A stretch of DNA of 64,000 nucleotides from a candidate division Zixibacteria bacterium SM23_81 (GTDB taxonomy: Bacteria > SM23-81). The stretch is from NCBI GenBank assembly GCA_001304015.1, contig LJUY01000009.1, positions 20,481 to 84,480 of the forward strand. Reading direction: 5' to 3'. Made by a program: the position numbers and the translations under genes. Below the pieces are notes generated by a model. The model had not been told where the DNA came from and ran no database searches. It worked only from the letters and a program-made list of their open reading frames with translations. Shown here piece by piece: positions 39,816-49,118 of this stretch (its first letter is position 1; every line of letters begins with the position of its first letter).

Positions 39816-41635
39816 TACCCCAACGGCGCTCGAACGGTCTCATCCCTGGTGAACACGGTGTATATCAGATACCCCATGACGATGGTCACCGCTATGAGGA
39901 CAAATCCCTGCCAGACCGGTCCCAGAATGAGCTTACCGACACCGATCAATGCGGCGTAGATCCCGATGACGGCGGCGACATACCCCTTCAGATTGCTCAA
40001 GCCGACGCGGTCGTTCTCTGTGCCGGGGATCTTGGCCCGGATCCTCTTCCATCCGGGACCGCCTGGGCGGACGTGCTTGTAAAACTCGATCAGCTTCTCC
40101 TCCCGGGTCGGCTTGGTGATGAAGGTGACGATAACCCAAACCGCCACCGAGAGCGGGATGATGTACAGGAGGGTCAGGGGAAACTCTATGGAAGTGAAAA
40201 AGGTCAGGTAGATGCTCATCAGCACCGAGGTGGTGATGGCAGAGATCTCGCTCCAGGCGTTGATCCGCCACCAGTACCAGCGCAGCAGATAGACCACACC
40301 GATGCCGGCGTTCACCGAGGTGATGATGTACCAACCAAAGACGATGGAGCTCATCATGAAGGCCACCAGCGCGCCAACGGCGGCGATGATGATGGTGGCT
40401 ACGATGGAGGCCCGTACGTAGTGTTTTTCGGAGCCCTCTTTCTTTAGGAAGCGGCGGTATAAATCGTTGATCAAATAGGAGGCGCCCCAGTTGAGCTGGG
40501 TGTCGATAGTGGAAAGGAAAGCGGCCATGAAACCAGCCAGGGCCAGGCCCAACAGGCCCGCCGGGAGGAATTTGAGCATCACCCGGATGTAGCCCATCTC
40601 GGGGTCTTCCATCTGGGGGAAAACCACGATGGCCACCAAGCCGACCACGATCCAGGGCCAGGTGCGCACGCAATAGTGGGCGACGTTACCCCATAAAAAT
40701 CCCAGCCTGGCGTGCTTCTCGTCCTTTGCAGACAGCATCCGCTGGGCGAAATATGAGCCCCCATCCGTGTTCCCGCTGGTCCACCACTGAAGTCCCACGT
40801 AGATGAAGAAGAATCCTATGGGCAAAAGCGCCGAGTGCCAGGGGACGATGGCGGTGATGTCGGCTGCTTTTTCCACCCCCATCACCTGCCTCAACTGGGC
40901 CAGCACATTTCCCATACCTCCGGATTTACTCACTGCGATGACGGCTAGCAGGATCGAGGTGAACAGGGCGGTGCAGAACTCGATGAAGTCGGTGATGACC
41001 ACACCCCACAATCCGGACAACGACGTGTACAGGACGGCCACCACGAAGCAGAATCCCACCGCCTGCCACTTGGGAAGCCCCAGGACGCCGCCCATGATCT
41101 TGGCCATAGCCAACATCACCCAGCCCATGACGATGGTGTTGTAGACCAGGGGAAAATACAGGGCCCGGAAGCCCCGCAGGAAGCTGGCCGACTTATCCGA
41201 GTAGCGCAGCTCTGCGAACTCAGTATCGGTGACCACTTTCGACCGGCGCCACAGACGCGAGTAGAAGAACACCCCCAACATGCCGGCCAGGGCGCTGCTC
41301 CACCAGTACCAGTTGCCGGCGATGCCCTTGGAGCGGACCAAACCGCTGACGGCCAGGGGCGTGTCGGCGGCGAATGTGGTGGCCACGATGGAGGTGCCCA
41401 GCAGCCACCAGGGCAGCTTGCGGCCGGCCACGAAGTAGCTCTCCATATTGGTCTGCGCCCGCTTGGAGAGGATAATGCCCAAGACGATGACCAGAACAAC
41501 ATATCCGAATATGATGGTCCAGTCGACGGCGGCGAGGGCGTTCATGTATGAACCTCCATTCGTTGAGAGGGTTAATGAATACTCATGTGTTTTCTTTTCA
41601 AACCAAAAAAGCTGAGCATAATACAAAGGATTCAA
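39815..41635 (-). CDS. Sodium:solute symporter family (SSF) transporter
   Basis: ~13 TM helices and SSF-like conserved blocks (GRKLPWWLLGTSIVATTFAADTPLAVSG). Confidence 0.8.
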   Translation of the reverse strand: MNPLYYAQLFWFEKKTHEYSLTLSTNGGSYMNALAAVDWTIIFGYVVLVIVLGIILSKRAQTNMESYFVAGRKLPWWLLGTSIVATTFAADTPLAVSGLVRSKGIAGNWYWWSSALAGMLGVFFYSRLWRRSKVVTDTEFAELRYSDKSASFLRGFRALYFPLVYNTIVMGWVMLAMAKIMGGVLGLPKWQAVGFCFVVAVLYTSLSGLWGVVITDFIEFCTALFTSILLAVIAVSKSGGMGNVLAQLRQVMGVEKAADITAIVPWHSALLPIGFFFIYVGLQWWTSGNTDGGSYFAQRMLSAKDEKHARLGFLWGNVAHYCVRTWPWIVVGLVAIVVFPQMEDPEMGYIRVMLKFLPAGLLGLALAGFMAAFLSTIDTQLNWGASYLINDLYRRFLKKEGSEKHYVRASIVATIIIAAVGALVAFMMSSIVFGWYIITSVNAGIGVVYLLRWYWWRINAWSEISAITTSVLMSIYLTFFTSIEFPLTLLYIIPLSVAVWVIVTFITKPTREEKLIEFYKHVRPGGPGWKRIRAKIPGTENDRVGLSNLKGYVAAVIGIYAALIGVGKLILGPVWQGFVLIAVTIVMGYLIYTVFTRDETVRAPLG

Positions 41636-41750
41636 GGATTCCCCTTCCTCCCAGCTTCACCACCCCAGGATCCGAGGATTCAAGTGAAAACCGAAAATCA
41701 AAATCCATGTATAAAAGCGGGATGGGGTGGCACTCGAATCCTTGAATCCT
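41627..41750. mobile_element. MITE-like TIR-bounded element, copy A (perfect 15-bp TIRs AGGATTCAAGGATTC / GAATCCTTGAATCCT)
   Basis: TIRs at 41627-41641 and 41736-41750 are exact reverse complements. Internal ~85-nt core is conserved in copies B and C. Confidence 0.55.
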
Positions 41751-41798
41751 TGACCCCTTGAATCCTCTTATTTTGAAATCCTGGAATCCTGTTTTTAT

Positions 41799-43313
41799 TT
41801 ATACTTTCGCCCCGTGCCTTCTGGCATTCCAGTGAACACGTCTGCGTATGGGCTCGGTACCAAATCTCATCAGAAGGTGAATGATGGCCTTCAAAACGGG
41901 GTGATTGTGGCTGCCATAGTCGACATACAATTTCGGGAACCAGTCCAAGTTGTGATCCCAGCAGGCGGTGATCAATTCATAGTGTTTGGCTGTAAGATCT
42001 TTCTTTAAGAATGGTTTGGCATACTCGAGGCGGGTCGTCTCCATGGGGGTAAATAACAGTGGGACGATGATACTCCGATAAGGATACAGGGACTGCACCA
42101 GATCGATAGTTTGCTGCACATCTTCTCCATCTTCCCCGGGCAAACCCATGATGATGGTAGAGCAGCAGACGATGTAGTTATCGTGGAGCAGCTGGAAGGC
42201 ATCTTGAACCACCCGGGGCCAATCCTCGGGCTTGAAGGGATAAACTTTACCCTTCATGTGTTTCCTGATCAATTTCGGGCTAGCTGTCTCGATGCCCACC
42301 TGAAAGGCTTTGGTGCCACGTTCTGGGGAGCCCAGCTCAATGGCATGAGCGAGTCCCTCCACGGTCTTCGGCGAGCTTGCGGCCGAAGCCAGAGAAGCGT
42401 GGCTAGCGGTGACCCATCTCACGCCGGGGTGACGATAGACCCGGTCGAACATCTCCACTACCGCATCGTGATTAACCTTCAAACCGTCCGATTGGTAAAG
42501 GAAAATGTCCTCTCCATGCAGGATGACACCGTCGTAGCCGGCCTCGAGGTTGACCTGAACCTCATGAAGGATATTCTCCAGAGGCCTCGAGCGAACCTTT
42601 CTCACCGAGGGCACGCAAAAGGCGCAGCTGCGAGCGCAGCCCCGAGTTGCCTCGATGAGTCCGCTGATGCTGGGCCCGGCTATGTCAGCAATATCCTCGT
42701 CTGGTGCTGTCTCTCCCTGGACCACCCACGGTAGATGTGAATCATCATTTTCCAAAACCTGCCGGAAAAGTTTGGGGGCGGTTACCTCGCCTTCTCCGAC
42801 GACAACACAATTGATGCCCAGCTGTGCCATTTTCTCAGGATGAACGGATAACTGCCAAGCTCCGGGACCTCCCAGGAAGACCGTCGGCTTGTATTTCCTG
42901 ACCACCGAGCTCCGCAAGAGCTGACGTAATTTCACGGCCATCCGTCCCTCACCACCCCACAGCTCCGTAAAGGTGGAGGTGGCAGGCCCAATGCCCAGCG
43001 GGTCGTTGGAGCTAATGGAAAGGATTTTGGTGTCGTCGCTGATGACCTTGTGCAGATGGTTGGGATGGGCCACGATGACTTCATCCCTCTGGAATCCGTT
43101 GGCCAGCAATGCCGCCTCTACCTTTCTCATGCCGTAATTGGCAAAAAGCAGTCGCCCCTCCTCATCCGCGGGACCACTGGGACAGAACACAGGGTAGTAG
43201 AACCAATCGGGAACGACCCCCTGGGGCAAACATGCGCTGAATCCGAAAAACAGGTTATCATGGTACACGCTGGCCATGGTGCGGTCGCATGTCATGACGA
43301 TCTTGTAGGGCAT
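41799..43313 (-). CDS. B12-binding-domain radical SAM protein
   Basis: CxxxCxxC radical-SAM motif (CARSCAFC) preceded by a ~200-aa Rossmann-like B12-binding domain. 504 aa. Confidence 0.75.
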   Translation of the reverse strand: MPYKIVMTCDRTMASVYHDNLFFGFSACLPQGVVPDWFYYPVFCPSGPADEEGRLLFANYGMRKVEAALLANGFQRDEVIVAHPNHLHKVISDDTKILSISSNDPLGIGPATSTFTELWGGEGRMAVKLRQLLRSSVVRKYKPTVFLGGPGAWQLSVHPEKMAQLGINCVVVGEGEVTAPKLFRQVLENDDSHLPWVVQGETAPDEDIADIAGPSISGLIEATRGCARSCAFCVPSVRKVRSRPLENILHEVQVNLEAGYDGVILHGEDIFLYQSDGLKVNHDAVVEMFDRVYRHPGVRWVTASHASLASAASSPKTVEGLAHAIELGSPERGTKAFQVGIETASPKLIRKHMKGKVYPFKPEDWPRVVQDAFQLLHDNYIVCCSTIIMGLPGEDGEDVQQTIDLVQSLYPYRSIIVPLLFTPMETTRLEYAKPFLKKDLTAKHYELITACWDHNLDWFPKLYVDYGSHNHPVLKAIIHLLMRFGTEPIRRRVHWNARRHGAKV

Positions 43314-43739
43314 GATTCGGTAATCGGTAATCGGTGATCGGTGATCGGTGATCGTTAATCGGTGATCGTTAATCGGTTATCGTGAATCGATGATCGTGAA
43401 AATCTGAGACCCGGGATTCGGGATCCGGGGATCGGGAACCGGGAAAAGCCGAGACTAGAGACCCGAGAGTCGAGATTCGTGAATCGTGATTCGTGAAAAA
43501 AACAGATCCTGGATCTTGGATGCTAGATCCTGGATAAAGGCTCAAAGATATGAGAGTATTTTCCAGCTTCCAGCATCCAGACACCAACTTCTATACCAGC
43601 TTCCACAACCATAAACCGGCTTCCACCTTCTGCTTCCTGCCGACTCCCATTGCCATTGCTATTGCCATTCTCTTAGAATACTCTCAACTCCCCAAACTCC
43701 CCAAACTCTCCAAACTCTCATAACTCTCCAACTCTCATT
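43314..43739. repeat. Composite microsatellite/minisatellite spacer made of several short tandem-repeat families
   Basis: Consecutive tandem arrays: (GGTGATC/GTTAATC)x~9, (GGGATYC/GGGAACC)x4, (TCGTGAATCG)x3, (GATCCTGGAT)x3, (CAGCTTCCA)x3, (ATTGCCATTGCT), (AACTCCCCAAACTC)x4. Confidence 0.7.
43369..43587 (-). other. 72-codon TTG-start ORF spanning the repeat spacer (possible small peptide; doubtful)
   Basis: Same strand as the flanking peptidase and radical SAM genes. No RBS. Sequence LVSGCWKLEN...FHDHRFTITD dominated by repeat-encoded residues. Confidence 0.15.
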
Positions 43740-45908
43740 TCACGGTTCGTACTCTATATTCAACCTGTCAAATAAGAACGTAAAAACATCGGTCTCCTTG
43801 GCGATTCTCTCGCTGAGCCCGGTACCCATTCCGTGGCCCGTGGTAGAGCTGGTCCTCAAAAGGACATACCCCTTTGAGCTGGATGCCGCCTGAAGCCTGG
43901 CGACCATCTTTCGCGAGTGGGCCGGATTCACGCGTCCATCATTCAGGCCGGTCAGAAAGAAAACATCCGGGTAGCCAGTCCCATCCGTTACATGGTGGTA
44001 GGGCGAGTAAGCGTAGAGAGCCTCGAAATGCTCAGGAATCTTTACAGTTCCAAACTCGGTTACGTTAAAAGCTCCGTTTGGATCAAGTTCAACTCTCAAC
44101 ATATCATAGATGCCCGCATGGGTCACCACCGCACGAAAAAGATCGGGATGTTGGGTAAGGGCAGCGCCCATGAGCAGACCACCATTACTGCCTCCCTCAA
44201 TGGCCAGCTTGGCTGGGTTGGTGTACTTGGCCTCGATCAGGTGCTGAGCACAGGCGGCGAAGTCATCGAAAACATTCTGTTTCTCGGTGAGATTTCCGGC
44301 CCGGTGCCACTCCTCTCCAAACTCCCCCCCGCCACGAAGATTCGTGTCCACCCAGATGCCACCATGGTCTAGCCACAGACGGAGCTCTGGATTGAAGCGA
44401 GGCCTGCGGCTATTGCCGTAGCCGCCATAGCCGGTGAGGAGGGTTGGGTTTTGCCCATCCAGTTTTGTCCCCTTGCGGCGCATGATATTCAGGGGAACAC
44501 GTGTGCCATCCTTTGAGATGGCGAACTCCCTGACCACCTCAACATCGGAGAAATCTGCCGGGGAGGTGACGGCGAAAGCTGTCTGAGTCAATTTTCCCGT
44601 CGAGGGATTGAATATGTACCAGGCAGGAGGATCAACGTAGCTTGTGTTGTTGAACAGAATCTCATCGCCCTCCAGAGCGATCATCCCCCAAACTGAGGAA
44701 ACCGGTTTTAGCGGGATCGGCTCAAGTGGTTGACCCTCATAATCGAAAACACGGATTTGCCTGGGACCACCAATATCATCTCTCACATAGAGCCTGCCGG
44801 TGGTGGGAAGGCAATCCATGATGCCCACATCGCTCTCTCCAACCACGGTCGTGGCCTGAGTTGGATCAGTCACTCTCGGGGGCAAGCGCAGGATCTTCCC
44901 CATTGGCGCATCTCTCTTGGAAAGCAGATAGATGGCGTTATCCAGCCCAAAGGTCGCCCAGGGAATCCCATCCGCAAAGCGAGTAATCTGTGTCCACCTT
45001 CCTGATGGGCCCAGCAGATAGTGGGCGAACTCACCACCATCACCGTTTGCCACGGCTGCCAGGATATACTGTCCATCGACCGAGCTTTCCAGATCGATCT
45101 CGGCGATGCGCGGGAATTCTTTGCCTATAGAATATGTGTCCTCGTCGGTCGGCGTGTCCAGTGTATGGCAGTAAACCTGCTGGTAAAAACTCATATCCTC
45201 CAGTGGACGCTCACCTGCACGGGGGTAGTGGGTATAGTAGAAGCCGGAGCCGTCAGCATTCCAGGCCACGCTGCCGCCAGCGGTGGGTCCATTAACGCGA
45301 GGGATCACATCCGGAAGCTTCTCGCCGGTTACTTTGTAGACATGAACGGTGCCCACCTCGCTGCCACCCTCGGACATGGATACGGCCACCCGTTGACCGT
45401 CGAGGGACGGAACGTACCAATCGATGGACATCATGCCTTTTGGTTCCATCTCATTCGGATCCACGACGATCCTCTCAGAAGTCAAGTCGTGCGGCGACTG
45501 GAGGGTGACCAGAAACTTCTGCTCTTTGGGTGGCTGGGACTTGAGGGCAAAGAGCAGGCCTCGCCGATAACGTAACTCGCTGTATTCTGCAGACTCCCCG
45601 CCTAACAGCTTTTCCAGCCGTTCATGAACGCCTTCCCGGAAGCGGATTCCATTAAGAAAAGTGCGGGCATGGTGATTCTGCTCGTCGCTCCACTGGCGGA
45701 CCATGGGATCGTCGAAGTCCTCCAGCCAGCGGTAATCCTCGGTGACCTCGACGCCATGGTAGACATCCGTGACAGGCTTTTTGGGAGTTTCCGGAAGCTG
45801 TGTCGCATCGGAGGAGAAGCTGAGGCTAGCAAGAAAGATAATCATGCCCACGGCAAATATCGACGGAATGATATCTCGATCCCTTTTGACTCTGCTAAAG
45901 ACATTCAT
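43740..45908 (-). CDS. S9-family prolyl oligopeptidase (secreted)
   Basis: Catalytic Ser motif GGSNGG, C-terminal alpha/beta hydrolase with Asp/His. N-terminal signal MNVFSRVKRDRDIIPSIFAVGMIIFLASLSFSS. Start at the ATG at 45908 with RBS gggagg (the track ORF begins at 45959). Confidence 0.8.
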   Translation of the reverse strand: MNVFSRVKRDRDIIPSIFAVGMIIFLASLSFSSDATQLPETPKKPVTDVYHGVEVTEDYRWLEDFDDPMVRQWSDEQNHHARTFLNGIRFREGVHERLEKLLGGESAEYSELRYRRGLLFALKSQPPKEQKFLVTLQSPHDLTSERIVVDPNEMEPKGMMSIDWYVPSLDGQRVAVSMSEGGSEVGTVHVYKVTGEKLPDVIPRVNGPTAGGSVAWNADGSGFYYTHYPRAGERPLEDMSFYQQVYCHTLDTPTDEDTYSIGKEFPRIAEIDLESSVDGQYILAAVANGDGGEFAHYLLGPSGRWTQITRFADGIPWATFGLDNAIYLLSKRDAPMGKILRLPPRVTDPTQATTVVGESDVGIMDCLPTTGRLYVRDDIGGPRQIRVFDYEGQPLEPIPLKPVSSVWGMIALEGDEILFNNTSYVDPPAWYIFNPSTGKLTQTAFAVTSPADFSDVEVVREFAISKDGTRVPLNIMRRKGTKLDGQNPTLLTGYGGYGNSRRPRFNPELRLWLDHGGIWVDTNLRGGGEFGEEWHRAGNLTEKQNVFDDFAACAQHLIEAKYTNPAKLAIEGGSNGGLLMGAALTQHPDLFRAVVTHAGIYDMLRVELDPNGAFNVTEFGTVKIPEHFEALYAYSPYHHVTDGTGYPDVFFLTGLNDGRVNPAHSRKMVARLQAASSSKGYVLLRTSSTTGHGMGTGLSERIAKETDVFTFLFDRLNIEYEP

Positions 45909-45975
45909 GGCCTTTGCACCTCCCGACTCCTTACACAATACGTAATGCCAAATAAGCATTACGTATTACAATCTT

Positions 45976-48894
45976 TCAACTCACAGCCCTCAACTTCTCC
46001 AGCCGCTCCTTCGCGTCCTCCACATACTCAATACCTGGGTCGGCGTCCCTCCATATGTCCAGGAATTCTTCATATTGTTCCACAGCCTTTCTGTTCCAGC
46101 CCGATCGCTCGTAGGCCAGGCCGAGATAATAATGAGCGCGCACTGACCATATGGGGCGGGCCGCTCTGGTCTCATCATATCTGCTCAACACGCCCTCCAG
46201 AAGACTGACCACCTCACCGTGCCGGCCCACCTCCAGGTAGGCTTTGGCCAGGAACACACGCCCCAGAAAGGGGTTCTCGACCGCCTCCTGCACCGCTTTC
46301 TCCAAATGTGTGACCGCCACATCTGCGTTCCCGGTGAATAGCTCAACGCATCCCAGGGCCTGCCAGTAGGCATACAGTGCCTGAGGCGTCTTTTCCTCGA
46401 GATCCTTCTTTAGCTCGCTGAGCACTTCCCTTGCCTGAGTCTCTTTTCCGCTTTCCACCAGCACACAGGCCAGGAAATCACGAGAGCCCACCGGCGTCTC
46501 AGGGTCCGCTTCGAGCTGAACCGCTCGCCCCCTCTCTGTCTCTTCAATGGCCAGGTCCCACTGCTCTTTCCTGGCGTAGATCTCCGCTTTCAGATAATGC
46601 TTGTAAGCGTTTCTCCCTCCTCCGACTTGCTCCATTCGATCGGCCGCGATGCCATCGTCCAGGACCTCGATGGCCTCGTCCAACCTTCCCCGGTACATGG
46701 GGATCAGGGCCAGAAGGGTTCTCCCCCCGGCGCGATAGCTCTTTTCGTCACAGGAGGCAACAGCTTTGTAACAGCTCTCGGCCCGGACATATTCCCGCCT
46801 GAACAGATGCATGTGGCCCAGCTTGATCAAGGAGTGATAGAAATCGGGCTTGACCTCAAGCGCTTTCCGATATGATCCCATGGCCTGCTCGATCTGGCCG
46901 TTGAAACCATAAAGGTCTCCCCGAGTATCATAGGGATTGGCTTCATCGGGGGCAATAGAGACATATTTGTTGATAGCCCATAGGGACTTCTCGAAATCGT
47001 CCAACTGATCATAGGTATAGGCCAACATGTTATAGGCTGTTTTATAGAGGGGGTCGATCTCGATGGCCCTGTTGAGGCTACTCACCGCTTCCTGACGTCT
47101 TTCTGGCACCTGCCGATAGAAAACCCCCAGCCAGAAATGTACCTCTTTATCATCGGGATATCGCTGGGCCAATTTCTCCATTTCCTCGATCCCATTGGCA
47201 AACTTTCCCTCTGTCGTCTCTGACATGCTCTTGATAAATAGCTTCTCCTTCTGGCTAACCTGATCAGAGTACTGTAACGCCTTGGCCATGAAGCTACCTC
47301 GTTCCTCGCCTTCTTTTAGCAACCCCAGCCGAAAATAGGCCATGGCGAAGGTGGAGTCGTAGTCTAGGGCTTTTCGATAGCTTTCCTCAGCGTCGGTAGC
47401 ATAGAGCTTATTCTGATAATCCAGTCCCTCTAAATAATACCGGTAGGCCTCCGGCGAGTGCGTGGTGACATCGGCCACGGATCGATCCAGTTCCCCCCTG
47501 GCCTCCTCCGGCAGCGCCAGGTCCCGCTTCGTCTGGGCACTCAGCATGTCCACGACGGCGAACAGATCCTCTCCCTCCTGGCCACTTACTCGCTCGCTGG
47601 CGATGATCTTCCCGGTGGCGGCCTCGGAGATCTCGGCGGTGAGAACAATGGAAGGCTCTGTTTGCAGGATGTTCCCGGTCATGATCCACTTCACACCCGC
47701 CCTCCTGGCCACCTCTGAAGCAACGGTCTTGTCGATGACCTTGAGGTCTTCCTGGCCCATGAGTTTCAAGATGTCGTACAGCCTTTGCCGGCTCATCACT
47801 CGCATGTACTGCGACTCAGACAGGTCGGTGATCAGCAGACTGGTGATCATTTGGGCGATCCGGTCGCTGTCCTCGGGGTCGGCCACGTTCTCGAAATACA
47901 TAATGGCCAGGGAATTCTCCTCGGCCATGGCCCCACGATGCGGTCCGATCTCCACCTGGAAAGCTTTGAAGATCAGAAGGGCCAGCGCCAGAATCAAGAC
48001 GGCTAGGGCTGGGATGAGAATGGGCGAGCGCTTTTTCTTCCCCTTCGGCTCCACCACTCCAGGCATCACTCGCGTGGTGTCCAGCAAACGCCTCTCGTGC
48101 TTGAGGTCTGCCATGAGATCGTCGATATGCTGATACCGCTCCTCTCGGGCTTTAGAAAGAGCCTTGAAGACCACCTCTTCCAACTTGTCTGAGACCTGGC
48201 TGTTATAGCGGGCTATTCGCTGCGGCTCTTCGTTCAGGATGGAATAGATGACAGCGGCCAGATGTTCACTCTCGAAGGGCAACCGACGCGTCAGAAGCTC
48301 ATAGAGCACCACCCCGAAGGAGAAGATGTCGCTGCGCCGGTCCACAGTCTCCCCAGAGGCTTGTTCCGGCGACATGTAGGCTACGGTGCCCAAGGCCGAG
48401 GGTGTCTGGGTGATCTGCTCGGCGTCTTTTCGCTTGGCCAAGCCGAAGTCCATGATCTTCACCTGACCTTTGGGCGTGAGCATGATATTAGAGGATTTGA
48501 TATCCCGGTGGACGATGCCCTTCTCGTGGGCTGCTGTCAGGCCTTCGCACACCTGGATGCCAATGTCCAGAACCTCTTTGACCTTCAGTTCTTCCCTCCC
48601 GACAACGTCCTTCAGCGTCTTCCCTTCAACGTATTCCATGACGATGAAATCGCCCTGGGGGCTGCTCTCGATGCCGTGGATGGTGGTCACGTTGGGATGG
48701 CTGAGGGATGACGCCGCCTGCGCCTCGCGTAGGAAGCGGTCCTTTTCCTGGGGATGTTCGGAGATGTCCGATGGTAGAAACTTCAAGGCAACGGTTCGCT
48801 TCAGCTTGGTATCCTCGGCCTTGTAGACGATCCCCATCCCACCCTCACCGAGTTTCTGGAGGATTTTGTAATGGAGAATGGTTTTACCGATCAT
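45976..48894 (-). CDS. Ser/Thr protein kinase (Hanks-type), TM helix, TolB-N-like domain, TPR repeats (kinase 1)
   Basis: GEGGMGIVY, VALKFL, HRDIKSSN, DFG, SPEQ. TM SPILIPALAVLILALALLIF. Motif SLAIMYFENVADPEDSDRIAQMITSLLITDLS, then ~12 TPR-like repeats. Start taken at the MIGKT ATG at 48894 (the track ORF begins at 48903). Confidence 0.8.
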   Translation of the reverse strand: MIGKTILHYKILQKLGEGGMGIVYKAEDTKLKRTVALKFLPSDISEHPQEKDRFLREAQAASSLSHPNVTTIHGIESSPQGDFIVMEYVEGKTLKDVVGREELKVKEVLDIGIQVCEGLTAAHEKGIVHRDIKSSNIMLTPKGQVKIMDFGLAKRKDAEQITQTPSALGTVAYMSPEQASGETVDRRSDIFSFGVVLYELLTRRLPFESEHLAAVIYSILNEEPQRIARYNSQVSDKLEEVVFKALSKAREERYQHIDDLMADLKHERRLLDTTRVMPGVVEPKGKKKRSPILIPALAVLILALALLIFKAFQVEIGPHRGAMAEENSLAIMYFENVADPEDSDRIAQMITSLLITDLSESQYMRVMSRQRLYDILKLMGQEDLKVIDKTVASEVARRAGVKWIMTGNILQTEPSIVLTAEISEAATGKIIASERVSGQEGEDLFAVVDMLSAQTKRDLALPEEARGELDRSVADVTTHSPEAYRYYLEGLDYQNKLYATDAEESYRKALDYDSTFAMAYFRLGLLKEGEERGSFMAKALQYSDQVSQKEKLFIKSMSETTEGKFANGIEEMEKLAQRYPDDKEVHFWLGVFYRQVPERRQEAVSSLNRAIEIDPLYKTAYNMLAYTYDQLDDFEKSLWAINKYVSIAPDEANPYDTRGDLYGFNGQIEQAMGSYRKALEVKPDFYHSLIKLGHMHLFRREYVRAESCYKAVASCDEKSYRAGGRTLLALIPMYRGRLDEAIEVLDDGIAADRMEQVGGGRNAYKHYLKAEIYARKEQWDLAIEETERGRAVQLEADPETPVGSRDFLACVLVESGKETQAREVLSELKKDLEEKTPQALYAYWQALGCVELFTGNADVAVTHLEKAVQEAVENPFLGRVFLAKAYLEVGRHGEVVSLLEGVLSRYDETRAARPIWSVRAHYYLGLAYERSGWNRKAVEQYEEFLDIWRDADPGIEYVEDAKERLEKLRAVS

Positions 48895-48947
48895 TGTGCG
48901 CACCGCCTTCCAGTTAGGCCTGTGTTTGTTTTCTAAAAATAGCGTTC

Positions 48948-49072
48948 GAGGATTCTAGGATTCCCCGTCCTCCCATTCCCAGCACCCCAGGATTCGAGGA
49001 TTCAAGTAAAAACCGAAAATCAAAAACCCTGTACAAAAGCGGGGTGGGGTGGCACTCGAACCCTAGAATCCT
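48948..49072. mobile_element. MITE-like TIR element, copy B
   Basis: AGGATTCTAGGATTC ... GAACCCTAGAATCCT (TIR with 1 mismatch). Core identical to copy A except a few SNPs. Confidence 0.5.
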
Positions 49073-49118
49073 ATGTATTTCTAAGAGCAAGACCTTGTGC
49101 TTTTCTCTGTCTCAAACT

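Noticed and set aside
39578-40447. 289-aa plus-strand ORF across the REP cluster, antisense to the symporter
   Set aside because: Its composition is driven by GC-rich antisense of a membrane-protein gene. Gly/Asp/His/Pro-rich, no motifs, and it crosses REP hairpins.
41731-41750. TGGCAC in the conserved element as a sigma54 -24/-12 promoter
   Set aside because: TGGCAC is followed after 5 nt by TCCTT or CCCTA, not TTGC(A/T). It is also on the strand opposite to the adjacent genes.
43314-43739. CRISPR array
   Set aside because: Repeat units are 7-14 bp, directly adjacent without spacers, and belong to several different families. There are no cas genes.
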